From contig JAAYZR010000001.1 in assembly GCA_012514745.1 (NCBI GenBank), positions 7,877 through 71,876 on the forward strand: a stretch of DNA of 64,000 nt, in the 5' to 3' direction. The notes below the pieces were generated by a model, which was not told where the DNA came from, searched no databases, and saw only the letters and a list, made by a program, of their open reading frames with translations. The DNA is from Candidatus Undivivens industriae. GTDB lineage: Bacteria > Omnitrophota > Gorgyraeia > Gygaellales > Profunditerraquicolaceae. This document shows positions 49,690 through 59,247 of this stretch, piece by piece. The translations under genes and the position numbers were made by a program. Position 1 is the first letter of the stretch. The number at the start of each line of letters is the position of its first letter.

Positions 49690-50046
49690 TTGACAAACCC
49701 GTTGTCTCTGATAGAGTTAAGTTAATAATTTCTTCCGGTCGATTCGGCTAAAAGACGATTCGCGTAAGCTTGAGGTATTAGCCATTCGTCATTTAAGTAA
49801 GCCCGGATTGCGGTTTTTTCTTTTTCTTCTGGCGTTGTTATCCGCGCCTCCTTCTGCCTGTCCCGCCGCTACCACCGTTCTCAAAGGTTGTATAAGCGAT
49901 TATTCCAACGGCAAGCCGGTTACCGCCGCGATAGTCTCCCTTGAAGCTTTTGCCGTAATCCGCAAGCGCATCAGGATTTCCACTGCCGGCAATGCCGCAG
50001 GTGAATACCGTATCGAGGCGCTTTTGCCTTCGGGTATTTACAAGAT
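49690..50046 (+). repeat. Copy 2 of the ~356-bp direct repeat, including a TTGACA promoter candidate
   Basis: Matches 47887-48242; begins TTGACA-16 bp-TAGAGT. Confidence 0.95.
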
Positions 50047-51124
50047 CGAATGTTCCGGGCAGGGGTATAGAAAATATTCGGCGCTGGTGAATATCGCGTC
50101 AGGCCGTTTACAGCGGCGGGATATCCGGCTTATACCGTTGCGCAAGCCGCCCAACCGCGCCCCCGTGATAAAGGGAGTCATCCCGGAGGAAGGCAGGGAA
50201 ATATTGTGCGGGGCGGAAACGCGCGTAAGCGTCTGCGCCTTCGATCCCGAGGGAGGCCCGCTGGAATACCGTTTCCTCTGCGGTCAAAGCGTTCTAAGGG
50301 ACTGGAAGAGAGATCCGGCCTGTATTTGGGAGGCCCCGGCTGAACCAGCGGACGAGGTTTTTATCCTTTGCCAGGCAAGAGACCGGGCCGGCCTTATCGC
50401 GGAGAAGAATGTTCGTTACCGCTTGTTCAAACCGTCCCCGGCCGCTATCCTGGAGAAAGTAAAAGCGAATTATTCCGGCGTGAACGATTTCAGCGCGCAG
50501 ATGCGTTTCGAATCTCATTCCGGACTGCCGGACGGCCATACTGTGAAATACTGCAGATATTATTTTCTGGCTCCGGACAAGGAACGCACTGATAGTTACG
50601 CTAAGCCGGCCGCCGCGGGCATACCGGAGCAAACGCTTATCGTAAATAAGGATAAGCTTGTCTTCATTGCCGGTTCGCAGCGCCGGGAAGTGGACCTGAA
50701 ACGGGAATTTTCCGATTCAGGGCTGGACATAAACATCCTTAATGTCTGCTACGCCGCGGACGATTTTGTTTCCGGGCACGAGATAAAGCTGGACCGGTCA
50801 GCCGGCGACGCCGGCAATCTCATATTCGCGCTGGAAGCGGTCCCGCTGAAAGAGAACTCGCTTTATAAAAAACTTTTACTGCGCGTGGACTACCGCAGAG
50901 GCGTGATCAGCGGTTTCGATATCTATACCGCCGGAGAAGACGGCGAAGGAATACGGCTTAGGCAGTCTATCCGCGTCCTTAAAACAAAAGAGTTCCCCGG
51001 AAAGATATTCCTGCCGATGCGGATGAAAAAAACCGTTTACCTGGGCGGGGGAGAGATACGCTCGGAGATAAGTTACAGCCAGGCGCGCCTTAATAGCGGC
51101 TTGAGCGGGAAGAAATTCAAATGA
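49808..51124 (+). CDS. Secreted multidomain protein (carboxypeptidase-regulatory-like, Ig-like and LolA-like domains)
   Basis: Signal peptide; LKG.I.D...G.P..GEY.I..G.Y.I pattern; PNRAPVI..DPEG.PL.Y; C-terminal ILEKV..NY..VNDFSA LolA-like pattern. Confidence 0.6.
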   Translation: MRFFLFLLALLSAPPSACPAATTVLKGCISDYSNGKPVTAAIVSLEAFAVIRKRIRISTAGNAAGEYRIEALLPSGIYKIECSGQGYRKYSALVNIASGRLQRRDIRLIPLRKPPNRAPVIKGVIPEEGREILCGAETRVSVCAFDPEGGPLEYRFLCGQSVLRDWKRDPACIWEAPAEPADEVFILCQARDRAGLIAEKNVRYRLFKPSPAAILEKVKANYSGVNDFSAQMRFESHSGLPDGHTVKYCRYYFLAPDKERTDSYAKPAAAGIPEQTLIVNKDKLVFIAGSQRREVDLKREFSDSGLDINILNVCYAADDFVSGHEIKLDRSAGDAGNLIFALEAVPLKENSLYKKLLLRVDYRRGVISGFDIYTAGEDGEGIRLRQSIRVLKTKEFPGKIFLPMRMKKTVYLGGGEIRSEISYSQARLNSGLSGKKFK

Positions 51125-51687
51125 CGGCGCCAAAAAATAATACTTTTCGAAGAACGGCCGGCCGGTTCGCTTTATGTTTTATGGCCGGGATGTATCTGGT
51201 TTTCGTTCTGGCGGTATTCATACCATTTCCCAAAGGTTATTTTCCGCAAGCCCTGGGAACGGCCTTGTTGCTGGCGGTCTTTTCGTTCTTCAACGGGACT
51301 ATACTGCTGGGCGCGTTTATAGCCGTTATCCTCGGGATGATTTGCGCCAAATGGTTCCTGGCTATATGCCGTCGCAAAACAGGGCTATCTGAAAAAAAGG
51401 CTAAGCGCATAAAATTAACTTTTTGTCTTGGATTAGCGGCATTGGGTATTTTGTTACTGGTGCCGATATATCATCTTGCGGGAAGTTTCAATTCACCTAA
51501 AGAGCAGATTTGGGAAGTGGATACTGACAAAAATGGTAAGACTGATAAGTGGATACATCACGATATGAAATACAATTTGCGTGAGATTGATTATGATACG
51601 GATGGAGACGGCAAAGCCGACCTCTTTGAGTATTACGATAAGCGCGGCCAATTAAAGCAAAGGACCAGAGAGAGTCTTAAGAAATGA
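51121..51687 (+). CDS. Membrane protein with C-terminal DxDx[ND]GKxD repeats
   Basis: Three to four hydrophobic helices, then DTDKNGKTDKW and DTDGDGKADLF; ATGA overlap with the upstream gene. Confidence 0.7.
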   Translation: MTAPKNNTFRRTAGRFALCFMAGMYLVFVLAVFIPFPKGYFPQALGTALLLAVFSFFNGTILLGAFIAVILGMICAKWFLAICRRKTGLSEKKAKRIKLTFCLGLAALGILLLVPIYHLAGSFNSPKEQIWEVDTDKNGKTDKWIHHDMKYNLREIDYDTDGDGKADLFEYYDKRGQLKQRTRESLKK

Positions 51688-51783
51688 AAGTAGGAGGTGG
51701 AATTTCCGCCACTTACGCGGTGGCGAGACGCCATTGTTAGATAAGTTTCTGATGATTGAGAATCGAAATTAGAGTGGAAGGCT

Positions 51784-54063
51784 ATGAGACGCAGGGGAAA
51801 AGTCGTAATAGTTCTTGTTTTGTTCCGGCTGATGTGCGCCTCTGCCGGAAAAGCGCAGGTGCTCGATAGCTGGAACGACAGCCGTGCCTATAAACCTGTG
51901 CCGGTGCTTTTTCTGCACGGTTTCGCCAAAGGAAATCCGGCCGACTGGGAAACGGTAATCAATACCCTCCAGCCTTATTTCGGCCCCTACCGGCAGATCG
52001 GCCCCTACCTGGAGACGCTGGATTTCCAGGATCCCAACGGCTCCATTGATACTTATCCTCCGGGCAAACTCAATCCCCAGGGCAACAACCGCGGCTGGGC
52101 GGATAAACTCGCCATTAAGATCGAAGAACTGCTTTCTTCCGCGAAATACGGGGTCTATTGCGCAGGGGTGAATATAGTGGCGCATTCCATGGGCGGACTG
52201 GCAGCGCGTTATTATCTGGCAGTCAACTCTTCTGCCAATGTGCCGAAATTAATCCTGGTGGGGGTGCCGAACCTCGGGACGCCGCTGTCTTCAGCCGCCA
52301 ACGGTTTATCTTTAGTCCAGGAATTGGGATGGGGGCTTTTTTTAGGCCCCAGTGTGTATCTTGTCCCACTCAATTACTCGGCTTTGGAGTCGGCTTTTTC
52401 CAATTTGCTGGAGATTGACTTTAAAGGGTATGCAATTGATGATATGGACAATTCTAATTTTGGAAGCGGCTTTTTACAATATTTAAACAAAATACCGCAA
52501 TCTTCTATAACGAGCTATTCTATAATAGTAGGCAAATATGGAAGTTTATTAAACTTATTATTATTTCAAGATTGGGATGCAGGAGATTCAGTGGTTCATA
52601 CGAAGAGTCAGTTGGGGACAGATACTATATTTTCAAATAATGTTAGCTATATAAAATCCGCCCATTGGCAAGAGCCTAAAAACATCGCCTTAGAGAAGGA
52701 GAGTCCGGTATTGAAATTTCTGGATTCCGATCTCCCGGTTATCGAGATAAACGAACCTGCTCAAAGCGAAGTAGAAACCAGCGAGGGAACTATAGATTTA
52801 AAAGGAAAACTATTCAAGGAATATCTGCCCGCGGACACAAAACTGCTGGTTACCGTTTCAAGCTCCGGGGAAAAAGAACCTTTTCCGGAGCAGGAGTTTC
52901 CTATGCTGCCGACGGATCTCTGGCAGGCGGGAGACCCTAATTCTCCGGTGGCGGAATTCGTTGCCCGGGTCATTCTTCCGGGAGAGGGCGAATTCAAGGT
53001 TGCTGTCAGGGCAGTTAATCCCGCCGGGGCCGGTTCCGAGGAATTGACTTTTACGGTCAAGACTTCTTCAAGCGGGCCGGTGATAGAAGTAATACAACCG
53101 CAGGGGATGATAGCCTCCTCGCGCCCTCTGCTTTACGGGCGCGCACGCGCCCAAGGGGAAGCCGGCCTGGAGCTGTCGTCATTAAGCATAAGCCTTGACG
53201 GCTCGGCCCAGGCCGTTACAAAGGATTTTATTGACGAAACTTTCTCGTCAGCCGAAGCGTATTGCACGCCGTCTTCCGGGCTCGCTTCCGGCGAGCACTC
53301 GGTAGTTTTCACTGCCTGCGATACCGACGGCCGCTGTGCCTCACGGCAATGGAGTTTTACGATGCTGGATCTTATGGACCCCTCGGGCCCGCAAGGGCTT
53401 GAGCCTCCTGCCGGCGGATATGTCTGGCGGGAGTTGGGGGTGAGCGCTTCTCGCGATGATAATCTGGCTTATTGTTATGAGTCTTCACGTGAATATGATG
53501 ACGTGAATGAAGATACTTTCGCCCGAAAACTGAATGAGGTCAAGGATGCCAGCCTTTCTGCCGCGCCGCTGGCTTACCACGACGGCAACGTTATGGGGGT
53601 GTATATAGTTTGGCAGGGAAAAAGCTTCTACTCTCTCTACGGTGACGCCAGCGCTATCTTCGACAAGTGCACTTTCTTTCAGCAGACTGCGCACACTCTA
53701 TCCATGGGCTTCGAGAGTATCCCGGTATATACATGCGCGATTTTCAGTTGCTCCCATCAGAACTGTTGTTCTTCTTATGTAAAGAACGTTACCCTGGAGG
53801 TGGACGATAAATTCAGGATGAGCCTGGACAAAAAACTGCAGACAGCGATGTTCCGCAGGATGGATCCTTCTTTACCGACCCATAATATCTCGATAGTCAT
53901 TCCTTATTACGGGCCGCGGGTGATATTGAAATATTCGATGGATCCCTTTCAATATTCGCTCGCGGATAACTCCATTCCCGAGTTTTGGCCGCGCAACTTC
54001 CGCGTTCACGATCAGACTCATTTCGACCTCTCGGTCAGAATCTATGGGTGGCAAAAACAATAG
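51784..54063 (+). CDS. Secreted alpha/beta hydrolase (lipase/PGAP1-like) with Ig-like domains
   Basis: Signal peptide; PVLFLHGF, VAHSMGG, PNLGT, GDSVV and SAHW give a Ser-Asp-His triad; beta-rich C-terminal half. Confidence 0.8.
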   Translation: MRRRGKVVIVLVLFRLMCASAGKAQVLDSWNDSRAYKPVPVLFLHGFAKGNPADWETVINTLQPYFGPYRQIGPYLETLDFQDPNGSIDTYPPGKLNPQGNNRGWADKLAIKIEELLSSAKYGVYCAGVNIVAHSMGGLAARYYLAVNSSANVPKLILVGVPNLGTPLSSAANGLSLVQELGWGLFLGPSVYLVPLNYSALESAFSNLLEIDFKGYAIDDMDNSNFGSGFLQYLNKIPQSSITSYSIIVGKYGSLLNLLLFQDWDAGDSVVHTKSQLGTDTIFSNNVSYIKSAHWQEPKNIALEKESPVLKFLDSDLPVIEINEPAQSEVETSEGTIDLKGKLFKEYLPADTKLLVTVSSSGEKEPFPEQEFPMLPTDLWQAGDPNSPVAEFVARVILPGEGEFKVAVRAVNPAGAGSEELTFTVKTSSSGPVIEVIQPQGMIASSRPLLYGRARAQGEAGLELSSLSISLDGSAQAVTKDFIDETFSSAEAYCTPSSGLASGEHSVVFTACDTDGRCASRQWSFTMLDLMDPSGPQGLEPPAGGYVWRELGVSASRDDNLAYCYESSREYDDVNEDTFARKLNEVKDASLSAAPLAYHDGNVMGVYIVWQGKSFYSLYGDASAIFDKCTFFQQTAHTLSMGFESIPVYTCAIFSCSHQNCCSSYVKNVTLEVDDKFRMSLDKKLQTAMFRRMDPSLPTHNISIVIPYYGPRVILKYSMDPFQYSLADNSIPEFWPRNFRVHDQTHFDLSVRIYGWQKQ

Positions 54064-54065
54064 TA

Positions 54066-54240
54066 TTCCGGGGACACAATACTTAATTCGGCAACGGGGA
54101 TGGTAACGAAGCCCGTTTCGGTTGTCGGTCACGGGGACGGCTTAAAACGAAAGACGCAAGACGATTGACGATACTCCCGTCACTGAAGTTCTGGCGAGAT
54201 TAATACAAAGGCAGCGTCCCCGATTAACGATAGACGGCAG
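54066..54240. repeat. Copy of the intergenic repeat family
   Basis: TTCCGGGGACACAATACTTAATTCGGCAACGG..GGTAACGAAGCCCGTTTCGGTT matches 8219-8283; AACGATAGACG occurs at ~54226. Confidence 0.85.
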
Positions 54241-54536
54241 GTGAACTTTACTCAAACCGCAGAAATCTCTGATTTTCCGCGCTTCGAACACTATCTTCAG
54301 ACAGCCAGACCTAATGCCTGAACTCCGCACATATCCTATATCTTTCTGCCTTATAGGCGGTTAGACAAAAAAATATTGTGTTTTATCCGAAAAGTAGTAT
54401 ACTTGATACGTTCGGCAGCGTTTAAGCCGTATCCAACAAGGCTCGGAGAAAAAGACCTGCCTTCAATATCAATCCCGTCAACCACGGCCTTTAAGCCGCA
54501 GTGCTCAAGGATTGATTTAAGAAACGGAGGTGTCCT

Positions 54537-54809
54537 GTGACGAAGAAAGACATAATTCTTAAAGTCTCGGATGATACGAAATTGAAGCAGATAGACGTGA
54601 AAAAGGTCGTGCAAAAGACCTTTGACTCCATCCTGGATGCTCTCGTGCGCGGTGAGAAGATAGAGCTCAGGAATTTCGGGATTTTCAAGATCAAAGAGAG
54701 AAAAAGCAGAACAGGCAGAAATCCCCGCACAGGGCAGACTGTCCCTGTCCCGCCGCGTAAAGTGGTAGTTTTTAAACCGGGACTGGAAATGAAGAAGCTG
54801 GTAAAATAA
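54537..54809 (+). CDS. HU/IHF family DNA-binding protein
   Basis: MTKKD..., IELRNFGIF and RTGRNPRTG..V.VP...FKPG motifs; SD ggaggt. Confidence 0.96.
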   Translation: MTKKDIILKVSDDTKLKQIDVKKVVQKTFDSILDALVRGEKIELRNFGIFKIKERKSRTGRNPRTGQTVPVPPRKVVVFKPGLEMKKLVK

Positions 54810-54996
54810 CCCGCCTGGTGTGCTGTTTTACGTTGGTTTTCCGAAAAACACATAAAGTCAGTTCCCGCGCCTCGATAGAATACAGGCCGGGGTCCCGGCA
54901 GTCAAAAGGCCTTGAAGTTCCGGGAGCTATAATCGAAAAATAGGGACCGGGCAGACTTTCGGTTATCACCGCTTTTCATCCCGCGTCATACTATCT

Positions 54997-56253
54997 ATGT
55001 TCAAAAAAGTCCTGGGAACCAGAGATATCCTGCCGGAAGAAGCGGTTTTATGGCGGAATGCCGAGAACGCCGGCAGAAAAGTATTCGCTTTATACAATTA
55101 CCGCGAGATAAGGACTCCCGTGATAGAAGAGGCGGCGCTTTACGCCCGCAGTCTGGGAGGCTCCACAGAGATCGTCGGTAAGCAGATGTTCCTCATAGAG
55201 CGGGGCGAGGACAGCTACGCCTTGAGGCCTGAAGGCACCGCTTCCGTTGTCCGCGCTTATGTGGAGAACGGGTTGGATAAAAGCCAGGGGTTCGCCAAAC
55301 TTTTTTATATAGGCCCGATGTTCCGCGCGGAGAGGCCGCAGAAAGGACGCCTGCGCCAGTTCCATCACATAGGCTGTGAAGCGCTGGGGTCTTCCGATCC
55401 CTGCCTGGATAGCGAGATCATAACGCTGGCCGATGCGCTTCTTAAGGCCTGGGGCATAAGCGGGTATGAGATACTCGTCAACTCGCTGGGCTGCCTTCAG
55501 GACAAGCAAAAGCTGACGGAAGGCCTGCGCGCGTCATTACAGGACAAGCGCGCAGAGCTCTGTCCGGAATGCCTGCAGCGCCTGGACGTCAATGTCCTGC
55601 GCATCCTTGACTGCAAAAATGAGGGCTGCCGCCGCGCCGTTGCCGGTTTGAACCTCGAAAGCGGCCATTTATGTCCGGATTGCGCCGGGCATTTCAGGTC
55701 GGTATTATCAGGTTTGGATTCCTGCGGGGTAAAATATACGCTTTCCTCGTCCCTGGTGCGGGGGCTTGATTATTACACGCGCACGGTTTTCGAGATCACT
55801 CACTCCGGCTTGGGCTCGCAGAACGCCATAGGAGCCGGAGGCAGATACGATAATTTGATAGCGGAGCTGGGAGGGCCTGATAAAGGGGCCTGCGGGTTCG
55901 CTTTCGGTATGGAAAGGGTAATGCTTGTTTCGCAGGCGCAGGCGCCGGACGCCGACGGGCCGCGGGTTTACATCGTGCCTCTGGGGACAGGGGCGCGCGC
56001 CGCTTGCCCCGGGATACTGGCGGAACTGCGCGCCTCCGGGATATCCGCCGATACGGATTACGAAGGCAAATCCATAAAAGGCGCGATGCGCGCGGCCAAC
56101 TCGCAGGGAGCTAAACTCGCTCTGATAATCGGTGAAGACGAACTCAAAAACGGCACGGTGCTGATAAAGGATATGTCCACCGGCTCCCAGGAGCCCGCGG
56201 CGAGGGATGCGCTTATAGAAGCGGTAAAAGAAAGGTTCAAGGAAAATGTATAG
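54997..56253 (+). CDS. hisS: Histidine--tRNA ligase
   Basis: [32 protein letters not shown] and GGRYD motifs. Confidence 0.98.
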   Translation: MFKKVLGTRDILPEEAVLWRNAENAGRKVFALYNYREIRTPVIEEAALYARSLGGSTEIVGKQMFLIERGEDSYALRPEGTASVVRAYVENGLDKSQGFAKLFYIGPMFRAERPQKGRLRQFHHIGCEALGSSDPCLDSEIITLADALLKAWGISGYEILVNSLGCLQDKQKLTEGLRASLQDKRAELCPECLQRLDVNVLRILDCKNEGCRRAVAGLNLESGHLCPDCAGHFRSVLSGLDSCGVKYTLSSSLVRGLDYYTRTVFEITHSGLGSQNAIGAGGRYDNLIAELGGPDKGACGFAFGMERVMLVSQAQAPDADGPRVYIVPLGTGARAACPGILAELRASGISADTDYEGKSIKGAMRAANSQGAKLALIIGEDELKNGTVLIKDMSTGSQEPAARDALIEAVKERFKENV

Positions 56254-57637
56254 GACCCATACATGCGGTGAACTACGCGCCGCGGACGAGGGAAAGGAAG
56301 CGGTGCTTTGCGGCTGGGTGGCGCGCCGCAGGGACCACGGTAAGCTTATTTTTATAGATATCCGCGATCGTTACGGCCTGACCCAGGTTGTTTTCATACC
56401 GAAAGAGGCGCCGGAGGCTTACGCGCTGGCGCAGGAACTACGCAGTGAATACGTGATAAAATTGACGGGAAAGGTCAACCGCAGGCCGCAGAATACGGTC
56501 AACCCCAAGCTTGCCACCGGAGAGGTGGAGGTGCTGGGAGAGAAACTCGAGATACTGAACGCCAGCCTTACTCCTCCTTTCGAGATAGAGGACGGGGGAG
56601 AGATAAACGAAGAGATGCGCCTGCAATACCGTTACCTGGACCTGCGCAGGCCGGCGGCTTTCGGCAATTTCGCGATGCGGCATAAACTTTATACGATAAT
56701 ACGCGGGTATTTGAACGCCGCCGATTTTCTGGAATGCGAGACCCCGATCCTCACGAAATCCACGCCTGAAGGGGCGCGGGATTATCTCGTGCCATCCAGG
56801 GTCAACCGCGGTATGTTTTACGCCCTGCCGCAGTCGCCCCAGCTTTTCAAGCAGATATTGATGGTTTCGGGTATCGAGAGGTATTATCAGATCGCCAAGT
56901 GTTTTCGGGACGAGGACCTGCGCGCGGACCGCCAGCCGGAATTCACCCAGTTGGATATCGAGATGTCTTTCGTGCGGGAAGAAGACATATTTGCCCTCAC
57001 CGAAGGGTTGATGCAAAAGATAGTCAAGGAATTGAAAGGGACGCAGATAAAAACGCCTTTCCCGCGCCTGACATACGCGCAGGCGCAGGAAAAATACGGC
57101 AGCGACAAACCTGACCTGCGGCCCGAGACGGGAGAACCGTTCGCTTTCGTCTGGGTTGTGGATTTTCCTCTTTTTAAATTCAACCGGGAGGAAAACCGCT
57201 GGGAGAGCGAGCACCACCCGTTCACCTCTCCCCATCCGGAAGACATCGGCCTGCTGGAGACCGCCCCGGACAAGGCGCGTTCCCGTTCTTACGACCTGGT
57301 GCTCAACGGCGCCGAACTGGGGTCGGGTTCGATAAGGATACACCGCCCGGAATTGCAGGAAAAGATATTCAAGATCATCGGCCTGAACGACGAAGAGGCG
57401 CAGAAGCGTTTCGGTTTTCTTCTGAACGCTTTTAAATACGGGGCGCCTCCGCACGGCGGAGCGGCTTTCGGTATCGACAGATTGTTATCCATACTGGCGG
57501 GAGAGAGCAGTATACGCGAAGTGATCGCTTTTCCCAAGAACAGCGCCGCCTGCTGTCCGTTGACCGGAGCGCCTTCGGATGTGGAAGAAAAGCAGTTAAA
57601 AGAGTTGAATCTCGTTTTGAAGAAACCGGCCGCCTGA
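56246..57637 (+). CDS. aspS: Aspartate--tRNA ligase (short form, probably non-discriminating)
   Basis: [35 protein letters not shown] and GAPPHGG motifs; 463 aa. Confidence 0.97.
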   Translation: MYRTHTCGELRAADEGKEAVLCGWVARRRDHGKLIFIDIRDRYGLTQVVFIPKEAPEAYALAQELRSEYVIKLTGKVNRRPQNTVNPKLATGEVEVLGEKLEILNASLTPPFEIEDGGEINEEMRLQYRYLDLRRPAAFGNFAMRHKLYTIIRGYLNAADFLECETPILTKSTPEGARDYLVPSRVNRGMFYALPQSPQLFKQILMVSGIERYYQIAKCFRDEDLRADRQPEFTQLDIEMSFVREEDIFALTEGLMQKIVKELKGTQIKTPFPRLTYAQAQEKYGSDKPDLRPETGEPFAFVWVVDFPLFKFNREENRWESEHHPFTSPHPEDIGLLETAPDKARSRSYDLVLNGAELGSGSIRIHRPELQEKIFKIIGLNDEEAQKRFGFLLNAFKYGAPPHGGAAFGIDRLLSILAGESSIREVIAFPKNSAACCPLTGAPSDVEEKQLKELNLVLKKPAA

Positions 57638-57703
57638 CGCGGGGCAAGGGCAGAGGCTCGGCATAAAAAATAACGTAAAGGAATAACCTTCCGGGAGGGA
57701 AAA

Positions 57704-58249
57704 ATGAAGAAAGAAACCAGGCTTTTGGGGATATTGACGCTGTCGGCATTCGTCCTTTCCGGGTGTCTGGTAAGCACCAGAACATACCCGTTGACCAAAG
57801 AGCGCGTTGACCAGAATCTTTCTTCCGGCAACCGCGGGTATCTGACGGGACAGCCGCCCGCCGAAGAAGCCGGCAAAGACAGGAAGACCACGCGCGTTAC
57901 GCAGGTGGTAGAGGTGGAGTTCGGCAGCCGGGAAAAAAGCAAAACCTCGGCACAGGCGCCCGCCGCACAGGTTGACTCCGAGCCCCAGGCGAGCGAAGAA
58001 TTATACCAGGAAGATGAGTTGCAGGATGAAGCTCCGGTATCCCGGAATTACAAGAAATACACGGTGCAGAAGAACGATACCCTGCAGAAGATATCCGAGA
58101 AATTCTACGGCACTACCCGCAAGTGGATGAAAATCTACGAGGCAAACCGGGACGCGCTCAAGGGGCCGAACAAGATATACCCGGGCCAGACGATAAACAT
58201 CCCGGACGAAGGCATACTGTTGAAGGAAACCGAAGAGAACCTGAAATGA
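57704..58249 (+). CDS. LysM-domain lipoprotein
   Basis: Lipobox LSGC; YTVQKNDTL.KIS..FYG...W.KIYEAN..IYPGQ. Confidence 0.92.
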   Translation: MKKETRLLGILTLSAFVLSGCLVSTRTYPLTKERVDQNLSSGNRGYLTGQPPAEEAGKDRKTTRVTQVVEVEFGSREKSKTSAQAPAAQVDSEPQASEELYQEDELQDEAPVSRNYKKYTVQKNDTLQKISEKFYGTTRKWMKIYEANRDALKGPNKIYPGQTINIPDEGILLKETEENLK

Positions 58250-58287
58250 CGGGCCTCCGCGTTAGCACAGAGGAAGACAAAAGATAG

Positions 58288-59247
58288 ATGGAAGAAAATA
58301 TTCATATAAACGACCGCAGTGATATCCAGGCGCTGTTCGGGCCGCACGACCGCCACATCAGAGAGATAGAAGAAGAATGCGGCGTGCGCATCCATTTGCG
58401 CGCCGGCAGTATGAAGATAAAAGGTTCTTCCCGCGGTGTGGAGAAGGCTAAGAGCGTGATCGACGCCATGCTCTCGGCGGAAGAGACCGGCCGGCCGCTG
58501 GACGTGCGTTGTCTGGCCAGGAATATGAGCTCCAGCCGCAGGATCGCCTATGACCTGGAAGGGGTATTGCTTTCGGAGAAACCCAGGCAGCACCTGGAAA
58601 AAGGCAAATCAGTCGAGCCGAAGAGCGCCGGCCAAAAAGAATACATAGAAGCGATAAAGAAGCACGACATCGTTTTTTCTCTTGGCCCGGCCGGGACAGG
58701 CAAGACCTATCTGGCTATGTCCTGCGGCGTGGAAGCCCTGCGCAACGGGGAAGTGCGCAGGCTGGTGCTCACCAGGCCGGCGGTGGAGGCGGCAGGCGAA
58801 TCCCTGGGGTTCTTGCCGGGAGATATGTTCGAGAAGATATCTCCTTACCTGCGTCCGCTTTACGACGCCCTGCACGATATGATAGACTCGGCGCGCATCG
58901 AGAAATATATGGAATCCGGCGTCATAGAAGTGGCGCCGCTGGCGTATATGCGCGGGCGGACCCTGAATGACGCTTTCATCATACTGGATGAAGCGCAGAA
59001 CTGCACCGCCGAGCAGATGAAAATGTTCCTGACCAGGCTTGGGTTCGGTTCCAAGACGGTGATCACGGGCGATCCGACTCAAAGCGACCTCTCCGGCGGC
59101 AAACCCGCCGGCCTGCTGGAGGCGCAGAAGCTCCTCAAGAGCGTGGACGGGATAAAATTCGCATATTTAAGCGGCAGCGATGTCGTCAGGCACCCTCTGG
59201 TGCAAAAGATCATAGAGGCGTATGATAGAAACGGTATTGAAGAATAA
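58288..59247 (+). CDS. phoH: PhoH family ATPase (YbeZ-like)
   Basis: GPAGTGKT, LTRPAVE, GFLPG, AYMRGRT and DEAQN motifs. Confidence 0.95.
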   Translation: MEENIHINDRSDIQALFGPHDRHIREIEEECGVRIHLRAGSMKIKGSSRGVEKAKSVIDAMLSAEETGRPLDVRCLARNMSSSRRIAYDLEGVLLSEKPRQHLEKGKSVEPKSAGQKEYIEAIKKHDIVFSLGPAGTGKTYLAMSCGVEALRNGEVRRLVLTRPAVEAAGESLGFLPGDMFEKISPYLRPLYDALHDMIDSARIEKYMESGVIEVAPLAYMRGRTLNDAFIILDEAQNCTAEQMKMFLTRLGFGSKTVITGDPTQSDLSGGKPAGLLEAQKLLKSVDGIKFAYLSGSDVVRHPLVQKIIEAYDRNGIEE

